From Octopus vulgaris (lineage: Eukaryota), in contig OX597825.1 of assembly GCA_951406725.2 (NCBI GenBank), positions 4,030,001 through 4,094,000 of the forward strand: DNA of 64,000 nucleotides, in the 5' to 3' direction. The notes below the pieces were generated by a model. It saw only the letters and a program-made list of their open reading frames with translations, did no database searches and was not told the origin of the DNA. Below are positions 43,740 to 57,290 of this stretch, in pieces. The first letter of the stretch is position 1. Each line of letters starts with the position of its first letter. The position numbers were made by a program, and so were the translations under genes.

Positions 43740-43930
43740 TTAACTGTTTTTGTCATTCGACTGTGACCATTCTGGGGTTATTTTCTTGTAGAATTTAGTG
43801 GAAAAATCGACCACGGCAATCTACTTCTCTCTATGTTTGGTACTTGTATATAATTCCCTTTTTTGCCGAACCACTAAGTTACGGGGAAATAAAAGAAACT
43901 AACACGGTGCTGGGAGACAAACACAAACTA
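43740..43930 (-). mobile_element. OR-type SINE 3' part
   Basis: GTCATTCGACTGTGACCATTCTGGGG...TTTGCCGAACCACTAAGTTACGGGGA. Confidence 0.65.
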
Positions 43931-44339
43931 AGCTACGCAGACATAGACAATAACATACACATACGTAATTAATCCTGATATCGAATGTGTTCAATCTAAC
44001 GAAATCAACTTAAACGTAGATTCGATGGCCTGACACTAAAAGTAAAGAGTAAAATATATATTTAAATATTGAAGAATGACGTCCTACTCTGTAACACATT
44101 TTATTCATTTAACATCCACAGCAATGAACCAGTAATCGGTTTTTGCGATATATGTTTAGCTGTTAACATAACTGAATCCCTGCATAATAAGTGTTATGCA
44201 GCTGAATATCTACGAAGACAAATCTATATTCCATACACATCTTAGGCTGCGATGCAATGACACTACATATGGTTGTCCAGTTACAGGTACTATCCTAAGT
44301 GTGTTGAATTGGTTCGGAAAATATAGAGAACAAAAGGAC

Positions 44340-45230
44340 CATTCTGCGGAACGGACGCGTTTCATCGGTCACGCTCTCTATTTGTCTACAGCATCCGCTA
44401 AATGGAGGACTTAGCTGCTGATACGCTGACATGCGCTGAGGCAACGACACCTCCAGCGCTTGCTTGACAATCAGCCGGTGTGGTCACCGTTTTTAGATGG
44501 GATTTTCCTCCGCTCGTCTCTTTGCTGAGGATGCAGACCTGGATCGGTTATCGACCGACGCAGAGCGCCTGAGACAGAATATTGTCAGGCACTTTTCTGT
44601 CAATCGGGCAATGCAGTGCCGGTGAATTCCAACGGCTTTCTCGAGTAAATGGGAATCAACTCTCTTGTCTGTTTCGAAGGACTTTCGAGCAAGAGTCTAT
44701 TGATAATTTCTAGAAATATTTAATCTGACTGTGCTACCGATTCGGTATAAACTCTACAGGTACGAAAGTGCCATCAGCTGCGCTTGCCCGAGATGTAACT
44801 CTTCTGCACGCTCTCCTCCAGTATCTGAACATTGTTGACTTCTGAGTTTACGTCGAACACTTCCTACCATGAGTCCAAAGGATCCGTCTATCTGTTGAAT
44901 CCATTGTTAAATCGTTCGGTTGCCTTCCTTTGACCGGAATTGGCAGCCATGGGTTATTACTGTGGTGACCTTAGAAAAAGATCGTTATTGTGGACTATAT
45001 TGAATGTATTGAAGACAGATTATTCCGTCTTTAGCTAAAGCCTTATCAGATTTTTCAAGTCTCACTTGAAAAGGTATTTGAGTGTAGAGAAGGAAGTACT
45101 GACACCCAGCAATGTTTTGAAAGATGGCTGAATGTAGCAAGAATGCTCCAAGTAAACGCGCCTAGTCTAAACATACGCCTGTAGACTGAAGGACGATGAT
45201 GCGGAAGTAGAGAGGGAGACCCTGGCTGTG
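44340..45230 (+). mobile_element. Tx1/L1-clade LINE 3' end with C-terminal zinc-finger (zf-RVT-like) region
   Basis: Reads SICLQHPLNGGL../HALRQRHLQRLLDNQPVWSPF and VLPIRYKLYRYESAISCACPRC../TLLHALLQYLNIVDF*VYVEHFL (CPxC...E(T)xxH...C). Confidence 0.8.
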
Positions 45231-45234
45231 AGGG

Positions 45235-45355
45235 ACAACTTTGCCCTTCATTATTTCGGGCGTCGATAAAATAAGTAATATTTATGTATTGTGGTTGATG
45301 TTGTCTACGTATACACTCACCCAAAATTTCAGATCATGTGCCAATAGTACTAAGG
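45235..45355 (+). mobile_element. SINE 3' half (1840 family) followed by (TAT)n
   Basis: CAACTTTGCCCTTCAT...GTCGATAAAATAAGTA. Confidence 0.65.
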
Positions 45356-45446
<91 letters not shown>

Positions 45447-45464
45447 CCACCATTATTATTATCA

Positions 45465-45763
<299 letters not shown>

Positions 45764-48700
45764 TTAACAACCAAATTGTAATGGCTATTTTCATTAATAA
45801 CGATTATATCACTGCCAGTAAAATGTCGAGTAGTCTTTTCGCAATGGCTTTTATTCGAACATCGCTGTATTATATTCATACACGCAGAAACACCCACATA
45901 TGCACACCGCTCTCACACATACGCGTACGCACACACACACACACATGATAACTCTGTACATGTAGATAAACCATACGAACCTACAATAAAGTTTATGGAA
46001 CTTCTTCCTAGCATAAATGTATTGTTGGAAAATGTAAAATTGGTACCTAAGGATAATGAAAAAAAAATGAGCTAAAAAAACCACCTACTAGACATTGACA
46101 TGAATATAGGCATGTATTTGAACAGCATTTTTTGTCAAACCATTTTTAGTCATTAGGATTTTGGCCAAATGTAAATCTGTAACCGGAATCGCTGAGCAAT
46201 CATTTTTGACATATTCTCATTTAATATATATTTGTCGTACAGAGTAAGCCTAATAGTTTACCAGAATCCGATAGATAACAATAGTTTTATTTTAGAAACA
46301 ATTTTTCATTCTTTGATAATAATGAATCATTGCGTGCTAGGTTCTTGCAGGCACCACAATATGATATGTGACTTGTGTTTATAATATTTCTACCCTAAAG
46401 GGATTAGTTCTCATTTGGATACGACTTACAGTTACTTTTAAGGTTTTTTTCTGCGTAACATTACAAGCTTTCACCCTCTGAGGGACAGTGTTTCTAAACT
46501 TTAAAGGAAGCAAGCTAAGTGTGAAGTTTCCAAATGTCCCTAAGGGATAGACATCATCATAGAAAAAATGAATGATTTTCACATTATTTAAGTTTTTCCC
46601 TATGTAGAAATGAACGAACACAAAGCCATATATTTAATGTAAAAGCATACAGGAATATATTGAAGACCGGAGGGTATATCAGCCGAAACATTAACAACAA
46701 ACAAGAATAGGACAAACATCCGTCAAATGTAAATAATGGAAATAAAGAATCAATATATTTAATGAGATATGCTGAGTAGCTAATTGCATGTTCAAATCTC
46801 AGTCATGCCAATAATGATCAATAAATCTTTGAAAACTTTTCACTAGTCTTCACTTCTTATTAAAACTTATCATTCACCTTAGTAGCACTTTATTCAGGCA
46901 GATACCAACAGTCTTTTATGTCCTTTTAGAAAAAAGGTTCAGATAGTAGTGCAGTTGCTTGTTCTCAATAACTTTCCCCTTTATTTCTCTAATTTTACAG
47001 AAACACTGAATACTAAAGTAGGAAGTTCTGTCTTTGTAAATTTAAATTAAATGTCCATTTCAAGAGGCTAGTAAGGAGGTATTTGAGATCAAATATGGCT
47101 AGTGGTGCAAAATATTGTAATGTAATTTACATAAAAATATATTTGAAATTTGAACACACTACAATGGATACAAATATCAGACCTATTATATACATGCTGC
47201 ACACATTGGAATTAGCCCTCTTTGATATTGTAATTTGATTATTTTTTTAAATATATACTAACTAATATACTCTCTTCCGAATGTTGTTTTTTCTTTCGTT
47301 TCTTTTATTCTTAATTTTCAGATACATAAACGTGATCACATTAGTAATTTTAAAAGCCTAATATTTTTTTTTACAAAGGCCATTAATTTCTTTTTTGGCC
47401 ACTACGCTATTTATGAATAGATTAAAAGAACGAAACATTTCTTAATTTATTCAGTGTATTTCGATGTGTGTGCAAAGCATGCATCCTTATTTTTATACTT
47501 CCTTAATGAATTATTAGTCAACGTGCGATGTTACAGTCACAATTATAATGAGGTCCTGCTATCTTTAAAGTTACGCATTGAACTGTACACAGTCAAGTGT
47601 CCGCAAAACACCATAGCACAACGTTCGCCCCTTGCTGAAATCCGTTTAATAAGTCAGGAAAGCCGTGGTTAAAATGCAATTTAAAAACTTTAGGTCAACC
47701 CCATGAAGAAACCCTAGAATTTTCGATAAATAAGTCAGAAACAATGGCTACATATTCCTTAATATTCTTCTACCGTCTAAAAATACCAAAGTCATACTGG
47801 ATAATATATTCTCTTGACTTAAAAACCAGTGATCGGTTTCAACTGCTACTAAACCAATTATAGATCTGCCAATCCATGACTGTTTTATCCTAAAACAGAC
47901 CAGCAATAAGTGTTAATGAAAAATAAGCATAATTAAACATATGTAGAGCACTTTTTCAATCACAAGTGAGAGCGGTGCGTTACGTTTAACAAATACCATT
48001 GATACGATAAGAGATTGCAAAGGATAGTTTATCGATAATTTCTATATACATACACAACAATGCGGAATCTGAGAACAGCAAACATATGTTTCGCTCTAGA
48101 ATTAGTTAATGGTACGCAATTAAAACTTCAAAATAGTCGGAAACTCCTTTATTTAATACAATCATATTACTTACAATGCAACAAAAATAGATTCAGTATA
48201 AACAGCAATCAAACGAAAATAAATAGATTTTACGTCCGGTGTTCAACTGGACATAAAGTGCCGCTTAGAAAATACAAATCTTCTTACATGTAACTTCTGT
48301 GTTTCATTTTGTCTACATTTAATTGCAAACCACAAATCAACGCACACCGTTGATCTATCAAGAGCACCTATTTAACATTTACACATAAAAGAACTCAGCT
48401 ACAGAAAAATCAATAATGTCTAAAGTCGTTAAATGCACTAATATAACCTGTGACTATTATTATTAAAAAAAACATTCAACGAGTATGTTATAAATACATT
48501 TTTCTTTCTGTTTTGTTGTTGCAGTTTTTTGTTTTGTTTTTCTTGTCGGGGTATAACATGGCTCCAAGATATGCTGTGTACATTTACGAAGTTGTTTCGA
48601 TCGTAATCACCTTCAGTTATGATACGTACAAACTTGGAGAATCAGAGTTATGATTAAACAAAAGAATCACGCGATGTTAAGAATCTACTGATGAACTAAC

Positions 48701-49771
48701 AGTGCCTCTGAAATTACTAATGAGCGTACCGTCGACATAATTAAACCAAATAACCACACGTGATTATTTTAAAAATAAATTTGTTTCGAGTTATTTTGCA
48801 CAATATTATGGCCTCACAAAATGAAGTGTATACAAAAAAAGAAAACTGAAAATTTATAAAATCTACTAAAAATATTTGCCTGATGGATTCGGATATAGAT
48901 TAATGGAAAATCGATAAAATATTTCAGTTTCCGTACAGATGTTTGAATTTATGAAAAACAGAGGTGAAACGGAGACTGTAGGAAGCAAAATCTTTCATGT
49001 TAATTATAATGATAAGTCTCGTGTGGCACACTGTGCCGGTGATGGCTAAGAAGATACAGAAACATCTTTCTCTCCGCCAAATGCCTCATTGAAATGAGTG
49101 TCTGTGGTTTTATTACATAAGTCCTAAAGCGAGGCATTTTCTCAATGGAAAACAATAATGATTGTGGCCCTTGTGCACACTGATCTAAACGTCTCACACA
49201 TGTTTATTTAATCTCAACGCTGCTTTCACGCGCCAACTACAATCTATCTATCTATATGTATGTATGATGTATGTATGTATCTATCTATCTATCTATCTAA
49301 TTGTATCTATCTATCTTTCTATATCTAACTAGCTATTTAACTAGCTATCTATATATGCGTATGTGTGTCTGTGTGTGTGTGTGTGTGTAAGAGAGAATGA
49401 ATGAGAGTGAGTGAGAGAAAGACAGGCGGAGAAGGATGTGAGAATATCATACTTACATCATGTTTTCAACCCCACTGACTACATTTGTATTCTATGTACT
49501 AATTATAGAAAAAGTTCCACTGATTGGATTTACTGGATTTCACCTGCATAAAACTCTACATTCCACTCCTAAGAATTGGTTAATTATGTGCCTTGTAGCC
49601 TGGAACTCTAAAGGAGTTTTTCGGGATATAATTCCATATATGGTAAGTGTTGGGTACGCTGTGTTGACAAGTCACCAAAATGAAGAAACATCGATGTCTC
49701 CGCTCTGGAATGGGACCAGATGTCAATTACCTAGCTTGTCTATGACTTCCAAATGACTTAACATCAGCCGA

Positions 49772-49868
<97 letters not shown>

Positions 49869-49998
49869 TGTGTGTGTGTTTGTGTGAGTGAGTGTGTGTG
49901 TGTATAGTAAATAAAAAAAACACACACACACAAAAAACTACTCGAGGTCGTGGTACATGTAAAGTAATACCAGACGCTCTGGGAAGGAAAGAAAGATG

Positions 49999-50033
49999 GT
50001 TTAACGTTTCGAGCAACGCTCTTCGTCAGAAAT
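49999..50033 (-). ncRNA. Minimal type I hammerhead ribozyme motif
   Basis: Minus strand TTT-CTGACGA-A-GAGC-GTT-GCTC-GAAA-C-GTT-AAA: intact CUGANGA and GAAA cores, 4-bp stem II, palindromic ACGU stem III, 3-bp stem I. Confidence 0.7.
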
Positions 50034-50095
50034 AGAAGAAAATCCAATAGAAAGGAAGACGGAAGAAGATAATTGCCAACGATTCACGTGATTAC

Positions 50096-50161
<66 letters not shown>

Positions 50162-50355
50162 TATATATATACATAGATAGATATACATAGATATATATAC
50201 ACACACCTATATATATATGTCACAGATAGGCAAGATAATTGGTATCTGGTCGCATCAAAGAGCGTTGACATCGATGTCACTTCATTTTTGTGAATTGTCA
50301 ATATCGCGTACCCAAAATGCACAGTATACGGAATTACTGTTAACTCTCTCACATC

Positions 50356-50403
50356 GTCTCTGATGAAGGAATATCCCTAATATCCCAGAAACAGATATTA
50401 GAC
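50356..50403 (+). ncRNA. Type I hammerhead ribozyme motif, slightly decayed
   Basis: GTCT-CTGATGA-A-GGAATAT-CCCTA-ATATCCC-A-GAAA-CAGATATT-AGAC: stem I GTCT/AGAC, stem II with one mismatch, cleavage triplet region altered. Confidence 0.6.
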
Positions 50404-50598
50404 TAACTTTCTCTTTATAAATGTCCTGAAAATTCCACACAACCTTGGTTTTGTTTAACATATACATGCTCATACACGACCCGCATTTAACTCCTCAATT
50501 GTATCATTGTCGAACCGAGAGGTTAACTATGGTTCTACCATAGCACTTACATAGCGTTACCTACCACCCTGGGCCTTCTGGATACTAATACCTCTCAC

Positions 50599-50632
<34 letters not shown>

Positions 50633-51365
50633 CGTACAGCTATGCATGAAAATAAAGAAAAAATAAAGAAAACACAGAATGTGTATATTCTTCGAAAGTT
50701 TTCACTCCTTCACTTGCAGCTATGATCTCTCATAGTTGCTTTCTCAAATGGCAACGAGTCAGCTTTATAACATATAAGGAAAGTATTTTTAGGCGCATCG
50801 AAGCATGATTTATCATTGAAAATTCCTTGATTCATGAATATCTATTGGAATATAAACCAATCATTCACCTATACAATTGTTCTATGGTGATCACGAGATA
50901 TATTTATCTATTCGCTTGCAAAACCTGCGAAATGTTCATGTTTTCTGTAATATATGGATAATGTCACGAAAGAAAAATGTTACTAAAGATATATTGTTCG
51001 TGTGTAAGTGATTACTTCGTTACTTTTTTCATTATACTATGTGGAGAGATATACTATTTTAGTGAGAATTATAACCGTCTGAGAAATTTGGAACTGTTGG
51101 ATTTGTAATGATAGAGGATTATTCGCTGAAATGTGTAAAAGTTGTGTGATGCTGTCAAAAGATTTGTCGAGAAGTTGCATGTTTGGGTTCTTTAGTAAGA
51201 GTTTCTCTGTGTGTATTTGTGTGTGTGCACGCGTGAGTGTGTCTGTATGTGTCCGCACCTTTATCATGGAGGTTAAAGTGACATATTTGCAAAGATGTGA
51301 TGAGACTAAAATAACACTGAGATGAATATAACTGAGACCACAAAGTGGAAACGTATTTGTTTCAG

Positions 51366-51485
51366 CGTTTGTTTCGTCCAGGAAGTGAATGGTGGTCTTA
51401 TACCACATACTTATATCGAAACAGAAATTATTCTAAATACGAAAATACAAAATCATTGACTGGCAAGAAGGTGTGTATACCTACG
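51366..51485 (+). other. Candidate 120-nt exon
   Basis: Acceptor GTATTTGTTTCAG, donor ACG|GTGAGT, open in phase 0 (RLFRPGSEWWSYTTYLYRNRNYSKYENTKSLTGKKVCIPT); product not recognised. Confidence 0.35.
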
Positions 51486-52421
51486 GTGAGTTTAATATAT
51501 GTCAGAATTTATTTCATGGAGTCTTTGATGATTTTTCTCATCTCGATGTATTAAGAATGTAACGTAAAGTTTATCAATAGGGTTTAGGCATTAATGCCCG
51601 AGATTAAGGCGTATCTAGAATCCGTCAAAGACAATAATTCATAAATGGGAAGCGTGAATTTATTCTACAGTAGACAGAATGTATTCTCTTATGCATGTGT
51701 TAAATGGTAGCAAAAATATAAATATTGAGATTAATATTAAACGAACGGAAACTTTCAGTTAGAAAGGTTTTCAAAGCACGGGAATATAACCGAATTGGTA
51801 TAAATTCTAAGGCCTCAAATACACCAACGTTTAATATATATCCAAAATCATTTCTATATTTCAAAGTCCCTATAGGAATTTACATTCCTGCTCAAATTGT
51901 ATTGTGTATGTGACTTGAGGGCGATTTATCAGTTGATTTTAACTCATCTCAGGACCACCTAGTAATCTCATCTCTTCTTTGTCCCTCTGATGTATATTTT
52001 GTTCGATATTTTCCACACCATAAATATATTTATTGGAATGATCATGCTCCCAAGGCTGTTCCATGGTTTTTATTTAAGCGAAACGTGTAGGTTGTCCGTA
52101 TGTTGAAATCTGATTTTAAGAAAGAAGAATTGAAATTTTAGGATATATGTAGAACACAAATATGCTAAAATTGACTGAAAATTTTAAGCAATAAAAACAG
52201 TTATTTATGTTATATGGGGCGCTTAAACCAGAATTCCGCCCAACCCAGACCACAGCATCCGTGCTGGGGCATTTTAATATAACCTAAGCATGGGCAAACG
52301 TTCCCAAAATGTCTATACGAACTCATTTCATATTGAGTTTCAGTCCACATAAATAATATGATTATGAAGTATCAGGTTTCAAAATCACTTTGTTGTTTTA
52401 GGAATGTTTGACTGTCTCCTC

Positions 52422-52489
<68 letters not shown>

Positions 52490-54324
52490 TTCTGTGAATG
52501 ATAGTTAGGACTTTATAGACATCTTACGGGGCGGAAATGTCTGCAGTCTTTGTCACAAAATGCATTTTTATTCTTGAGGAGATCGGAGTATTAACCGAGT
52601 TTGCACATCTTCTTAGCATAATTATTGCCAATTTCGATTCTTATGTTTTCCGTGCGGCTGGAGGCTCGAGTACTGTTGCTTCATGAAAAGTACAGATATC
52701 GACGGAGAATGATTTTGATGCAGAGATCCTTAAGTTTCAATATCATAAAATATGGCCATATTGGAATTCCATGGACAGCAATTGACGAGCTGCTTGGTGA
52801 GTTTCTGAGATTACATATGTGTATTGATATATTCTATATAGTGTAAGTATATATGTGTTACGTGTCTGAGGATGTTTCGCTGATGGTGATTATGACAGGA
52901 GTAATTAAAGCGCAGAAAAAAATTATGATAATAGATAAACATCAAATTTATTTGGTTGTTTACATGAATTCCGATAAGCAATATTTATTCCTCTGTTTAT
53001 CGTTTTTAGTGATATGTATTCTGGCAATATAAATATGACAAATATCTTTTAAAAACAAAATATATATCTACGTATAACACTTTACTGAACACCTACAGAC
53101 CTAACGTGTCAAACAAATATATTAATGGAATATATTTTTTTTCTATATTCGTCGACTGTTATAGTTTTAGATTAGTTGTTGCATTTTATCAAAACAATAT
53201 TTTACTTTCAATTTTCTTGTTTAACAGCCAGAATAAATTTCCATTAAATAGTAAGAAAAAATATGAATTTGAAAGAATTGATTAAAATATAACAACAAAC
53301 GAAATGTTTCTATGCGTAGCAGTAAAGGCGACTATCAACAAAATAACTTTTTGGCTTTTCTTTGTATTACTAATGCGTTTTTACAAATGTAATTATCGAT
53401 AGAATTTAATTTCTAAAGACATGTAGTTCTAGGTCACTATATTCATATTTTAATATTAATAAAATGAAAATAGTAAAATTATATATTTCGTAAAAGATGA
53501 GATGTAATTTCCATAACATTTGCTAAGCGAGGATATCATTGAAGAGAATGTGTGTATTAATCAAAACTAAAATCTAACGTATAATAGAGATAAGGATATT
53601 CTATCAGAAGAAAACTTCTTCAACTTCAGAAGGAATCTTCGTCATATGCCGGAAGATCGAACCTCAATATGGAAAATGTTGCCAAAATTTCCGAAAGCCA
53701 AATGCGAGTAACGTAATCTTCTTGGTATTGATGATATTATTGTTGTTTTCCGCAAATCAATCCTACATTAACAGACATATCACAGAATGTTCACATCGTA
53801 GTATAATCATCTTGATTTTTAGGGAAAGTGTATACAGAACTCTATGTTATAGTTGTTCTGTTAACCTACAAAAATGGTAAATTGCGATACAATGGCAATT
53901 TAACTGCAATGTCTTGTAGAAAGTGGGAAACTACAAAGACATCGCCATAAGCAACGCCACTCTTTTTCTATATGAAAAACAAAAAGATATCACATAAAAA
54001 TACGAAAAAGTTGCAGAAAGATGTTGTTACAATCAGTTGAAGATGTTTAATGACAAAAGTCTTCATAGCTGGAAACTGATATTTTAAAAGAAATATTTTA
54101 ATCGCAGGTGACACTTTTCTCTCACCTGGAGGAGGTAAGATTAGAGCAATCCACATGCTTATTTTGAATTGTAAGGATTTAATGGCATTCATAACAATGT
54201 ATTCCATTGGCGGCGAACGCGCCCAGCATTTCAGGATGCATACATACACAAACACACATATGTATACATGTACGTACACATATATTCGCACGCAGGGAAA
54301 TTCATGCATACACATATGTATATG

Positions 54325-54419
<95 letters not shown>

Positions 54420-54429
54420 CTTTCCATTA

Positions 54430-54800
54430 CTGGTGTGTTTGGGAATTTTTAGTAAAAATTATTTGATGTTGTTAGACAATCGTGTTTCCGATACCATCGT
54501 TCAAGGTCCTCTTCAGCGGAGTTCTTGGTATTGCTTATATACATTTTTGGGCGGGGGACACGTCTGTTTCGTCTTGTCTTCAGCAACAGGTCAACGGTAT
54601 TTCATTCTAAAATGTTTGGCAGTTTATTTGCAGAGAATTTCAGTATCATTTCTTTTGTGTCTACTACTACTTTGATTAGAATGAATTTATCCATGTTTGC
54701 AATAAAAGGCCAAATATTATGAAGGAGAACTTTGTAGGCACAATTTTGGAACGGTTAGACAGCCCATTTTGTCATCAAAACATGGAGATAAGTACCTCTG
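54430..54800 (-). mobile_element. Decayed Penelope-like 3' end with two tandem hammerhead-like motifs
   Basis: Minus strand CTGAAGA-CAAGAC-GAAA-CAGACGT-GTC (54557-54583) and CTGAAGA-GGACC..GGTATCG-GAAA-CACGATT-GTC (54475-54516); upstream traces resemble a GIY-YIG C-terminus. Confidence 0.55.
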
Positions 54801-55638
54801 CAAACAGAGTGTCACTTAGCACAAACAAAATAACAATTTTACGTGACTGAGTGGAACGTAGAGACAGTTATCGAAAACACCTACCAGCATAAAATAAACG
54901 TGGGACTTTCACGTGTGATGCTACTTCAAAATTATTAATGTGAAATTCTCCGAAATTTCGATATTATGTTTAACAGTTTTGGCAAAATTTTAACAGGTTA
55001 AAAATTTATATTTAGTGCATCCATTTTAGTATGGATGCCATTTTCAAGAGCAAAACAAGGAACAAGTACAAATCACTATTTCTAACGTTTTTGGCTGCAT
55101 GGTTTCTAATGAAGATTTAGTTTTAAATGACATGACTGTTTTGAATAGCAGGACGAATAAGAAATCCTAGATAAAAAGGTAGAGAAATTTCTTGATCCGA
55201 TTAATGAATAAATGACACAGGATTATTTACCTGTAGAAGAGCGAAATATAGCTTAGTGAAACTGGTTAGTTGTCGTGAAAACGGAATTTATTTTTAGAGA
55301 TTGCAAATTATGAATTGTGTGGTGGGAGATGATATATAAATGAACAATTACAAGGAACTTAACTGTGAAACAGGCTTATATATGCAACAAACCATTAAGT
55401 GAATAGGTGCATAACGACCAGACAGAATTTTAATAAATCAAACTTAGAATGGAGTGTTACAACATAGTACAACCTACTTAGAATGGACTTGTTAGAAAAG
55501 AAAACAGTTTTATGCTGCTCCATCCTTAATACAGCCTTTCTGACCTCCAAAGATGAACAGCTTTCACGTGAAAACTAAAGTGATTTGAAACTGTATCGTA
55601 TATGTATATTCTTTCTTGTGCAAATATCTGTGTCCTAG

Positions 55639-55934
55639 GACATGTTGAGCGAATTCTGGATTAATTATCTGCTTCTGAAATGGAAACTGGAGTTATGGGT
55701 GCTCCTTCGGCTATGTTGGTATTATGTGGACGCAAGAGTCTCAGATTTGTTGCATTAAATAATGGTAATGGCATAGGAATGTCCAGTAAACAGATATTCA
55801 GATTACAAGAATGGAACAGAATCATGGTTTCTTGACACTGTCATCAATTGTAGCTGTGTGCATTTCAGAGAAATGTACTTTATATGGTTTCGTTCAGTGA
55901 TGTCTTCGGTGACGGTGACTGCGCAGATTTGGGG
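55639..55934 (+). pseudogene. Decayed Cys-rich EGF-like exon (MEGF/RPTP-like)
   Basis: Acceptor CCTAG, donor GG|GTGAGG; reads TC*ANSGLIICF*NGNWSYGCSFGYVGIMWTQESQICCIK*, i.e. GNC.YGC..GY.G..C with TGT>TGG changes; ends FGDGDCADL. Confidence 0.45.
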
Positions 55935-57207
55935 GTGAGGTAGCTACCCTAAGACTGGATACATCTCGCTAATGTATATATAAAGCATTCCCCAAATAGG
56001 ATGTAAAGCACGAACGTAAAATAGCATTTTCGCATTGTGATTCTTACTGAAACTATATAGAACTTAGGTTTTCAGACGTTTCACAAAAATAAACAAAAAT
56101 ATACACGAGAGGTGCGCCTACGAGAAAAGACAGAGGAAGGAAATAAATGTTCGAGGGAAATAAAATTGGAAATGGTTTGTCTCTTTTTTTTATTTTTTGA
56201 ATTTGCATTATTGGGCTATTTGAATTGCAATTTTGTAGAATCGACTAAAGGTTTATTTGTTTTATTTAAATAATTTTCACTTTTAATTAATGAGCCTGAA
56301 TATTTACTCAATTGAACAAACCCAAATATACTCGAATCCCCCTAATGCGTCTTGCAAAGTATTTCAGTATAGTGATGTATGAATGTTCTAAAATGGTAAC
56401 AATCATATTGTTCAAACCAGTGTTCAGTAAATTAAATCGTGAAAATGTATATGAATGTTATATAAATAGAGTGAACGAATGCATTTTAATACTATGCAGG
56501 GAAGGAAGAAAACATGTTTATTCAAAAAATAACCCATTATCCGTACACACCATTCAACAGTGCTTTTAGCTATAACACTACAATTTTTCTATTGAATTTT
56601 GTGATTAATTTTATTCAGCACCATTTAAGCAGTCACATATTCGCAGTAAAATCAGAATTGGGTGTCATAATCTAATCTGTAAATGTCGATCAATTACAGG
56701 AATGTCACGATTTTTGTATTAGGGACATGACTTTCTTTAGAGTCCTCTAAATATAAAACTATGTAAAGAAAAAAAAAACATATTGAATTTACGAAAAAAT
56801 AAGATTTAATTTGAAAATCTTCAATACATCGTCCTTGGCTGATCTCCTTATATTAAAATTGGAATGAGATGCTAGCGATGCTCTGCCTCGAGAACAAATA
56901 GAGCAATAGCATATTTTGAATATTTATCTGGCCACAAGATTTCAACTCAAACCTGTACAGGGATCTGCTAGTCGTCGATTTTGTCAACCTCGATATACAC
57001 ATTGTTTTAATGTTTATTAGGATTATGAACATATTTAATAAATAATACTCGAATAAACAGAATGCAAATTCGTTACAGATACTATTTCTAAGAAAGAAAC
57101 GTACGTTGATATGCAGCCGTTCAACCTCTTTCTCTCTCTCTCTCTCTACATACACACACATGCACACACACTCTCTCTCTCACATACATATATACACACA
57201 CGTATAC

Positions 57208-57239
<32 letters not shown>

Positions 57240-57240
57240 G

Positions 57241-57290
<50 letters not shown>

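Larger units (their letters stand above)
49500..50420. mobile_element. Cluster of short Penelope-derived non-coding elements separated by TA/TG microsatellites
   Basis: 49630-49746 and the reverse complement of 50219-50336 align gap-free at roughly 75-80% by eye; a different hammerhead-bearing element (49905-50097) lies between them. Confidence 0.65.

Noticed and set aside
49460-50352. Two similar ORFs (IPY..GYA.LT.H.NE.TSMS) as paralogous genes
   Set aside because: Similarity is at DNA level between inverted copies of a short repeat; substitutions are not concentrated at synonymous sites
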